Shown in pieces: positions 62,451 through 64,000 of a stretch of DNA of 64,000 nucleotides. This DNA is from Octopus bimaculoides (taxonomy: Eukaryota), in the NCBI RefSeq assembly GCF_001194135.2, contig NC_068981.1, positions 190,409,375 through 190,473,374 of the forward strand. The letters run 5' to 3'. The position numbers and the translations under genes are program-made. The notes under the pieces are model-generated. The model worked only from the letters and a program-made list of their open reading frames with translations, ran no database searches and was not told the origin of the DNA. Each line of letters starts with the position of its first letter. Positions within the stretch are counted from its first letter, which is position 1.

Positions 62451-62964
62451 TAATATGAAATATTAAGAGAAGGCAGAGAAAGTGATAACGACAGAGGAAG
62501 ACAGAGTAAAAGATATTAAAAGAGGATGATAGAGTAAGGGATATTAAGAGAGGTAGACAAGGTAAGAGACAGTGAGGAAAACAATGTGATATTGTGAGAG
62601 GAAGATAGATTAAGAGATATTTAGTGAGAAAGAGAGTAAGAGATATGTTACAGATATTCCAAGATTAGTTCTCATTCATAATCTGATTTACACATTTTCT
62701 CCCAAAGCTAGCTATGGTTGCTGTAGAAGCAGATCTATCTCTAAATCTCTTACTTAGCATTTGGTGCATCTAAAACAATTGATATTTTCCCCAATTCTGT
62801 CTTAGAACCGAGAGTAATGGCGACCGGAAATATATTTACTTATTCATTGTTTAAGTCATAATTGATTTCTTCTTCAGGCATCGACCGAAATATATATATA
62901 GGGCAGGAATATAGATCAAGGAGCTAGCACCAATATAATAGCATGCATAAATACACACACATAT

Positions 62965-63395
62965 ACATTCTTTTATTCTTTTGTTCTTGTACTTGTTTCA
63001 GTCATTTAACTGCAGCAATGCTGGAGCACCGCCTTTAGTTGAACAAATCAACTCCAGGACTTATTCTCTCTAAGCCAAGTACTTATTCTATTGGTCTCTT
63101 TTTCCCAAACCGCTAAGTTACAGGAATGTAAACACACCAACATCAGTTGTCAAAAAATCGTTGGGGGACAAACATAAACACACAAATACATACATACATA
63201 TATATACACACACACACACATATGTATATATATATATATATATATATGACAAGCTTCTTTCAGTTTCCGTCTACCAAATCAACTCACAAGGATTTGGTCA
63301 TCCCAAGGCTATAGTAGAAGACACTTGCCCAAAGTGCCATGCAGTGGGACTGAACCCAGAACAATGTGGTTGGGAAGCAAGCTTCTTGCCGCACA
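62965..63395 (-). mobile_element. Family C SINE, near full length
   Basis: Same organisation as 12800-13220. Confidence 0.9.
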
Positions 63396-63597
63396 GTCAC
63401 ACTTGTATATATATCTTTTATCTGTGGCCAAACTGGAGTACGGCCTTGAAGAGATTTTAGTCAAATGAATTAACCTCAGGAATATTTAGCCTGATACTTA
63501 TTTTATCAATTGCATATGCCAAACTGTTAGGTTATAGAGATATAAACAAACCAACACCAGTTGTCAAGCAGTGGTGGGCGACAAACACATGCACACT

Positions 63598-63641
<44 letters not shown>

Positions 63642-64000
63642 TGAGGAGGGTATTGGATTTAACCAAACTCAGGAGGATACAGGTAATACCGAGTAAGTGC
63701 TGTATACCGACTAGTTTGCCCCAGTCGTTGTATGAACAGGATTGGGTATTATAAGTCGTGTATTAGCGTGTGTATATGTAAATATATAAAAACAAAAAGA
63801 TAAAGAGAGCAAAGGTAAGGTTGGAGAAGTATTTTATGGATAGAGTCTGAAGGGAAAGGGATTGAAAGAAGTGACGTAGTCTGTATGCGTAGGTGGTGTT
63901 CTTGTGAATTTGAGAATAGAAGAAATCGATTTGTTGGTATATGTGTGGTGAGATGATCGAAAGGAAATAATCCTATTCAAAAGATGGTGAAAGATGGATG

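Overview
AT-rich, repeat-saturated eukaryotic DNA, very probably Octopus or another coleoid cephalopod (inferred from the repeat families; not confirmed by search). It is a draft assembly with six large N gaps (6556-7043, 15438-15858, 18840-18970, 24661-25587, 28218-28287, 51183-51729) and five 10-N gaps. No intact gene is recognisable, and essentially all ORFs in the supplied track are microsatellite, gap or repeat artefacts. The window looks intronic or intergenic. It holds at least three tRNA-headed SINE families, about 25 5'-truncated copies of an RTE-type element with a (GAT)n tail, and decayed LINE fragments (RTE, Tx1/L1-like, R4/Dong, Penelope-like). It also holds an internally deleted mariner, several MITE/foldback elements and long simple-sequence arrays. 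The main points of interest are: up to seven hammerhead-ribozyme-like cores, mostly in Penelope-like termini, two of them near-intact copies of one small unit; R4/Dong fragments that all sit in (TAA)n arrays; long foldbacks and inverted SINE pairs that could form dsRNA; and a low-confidence chain of phase-compatible small exons on the minus strand. Coordinates of decayed repeats are approximate; TIR, TSD and ribozyme coordinates were counted base by base.
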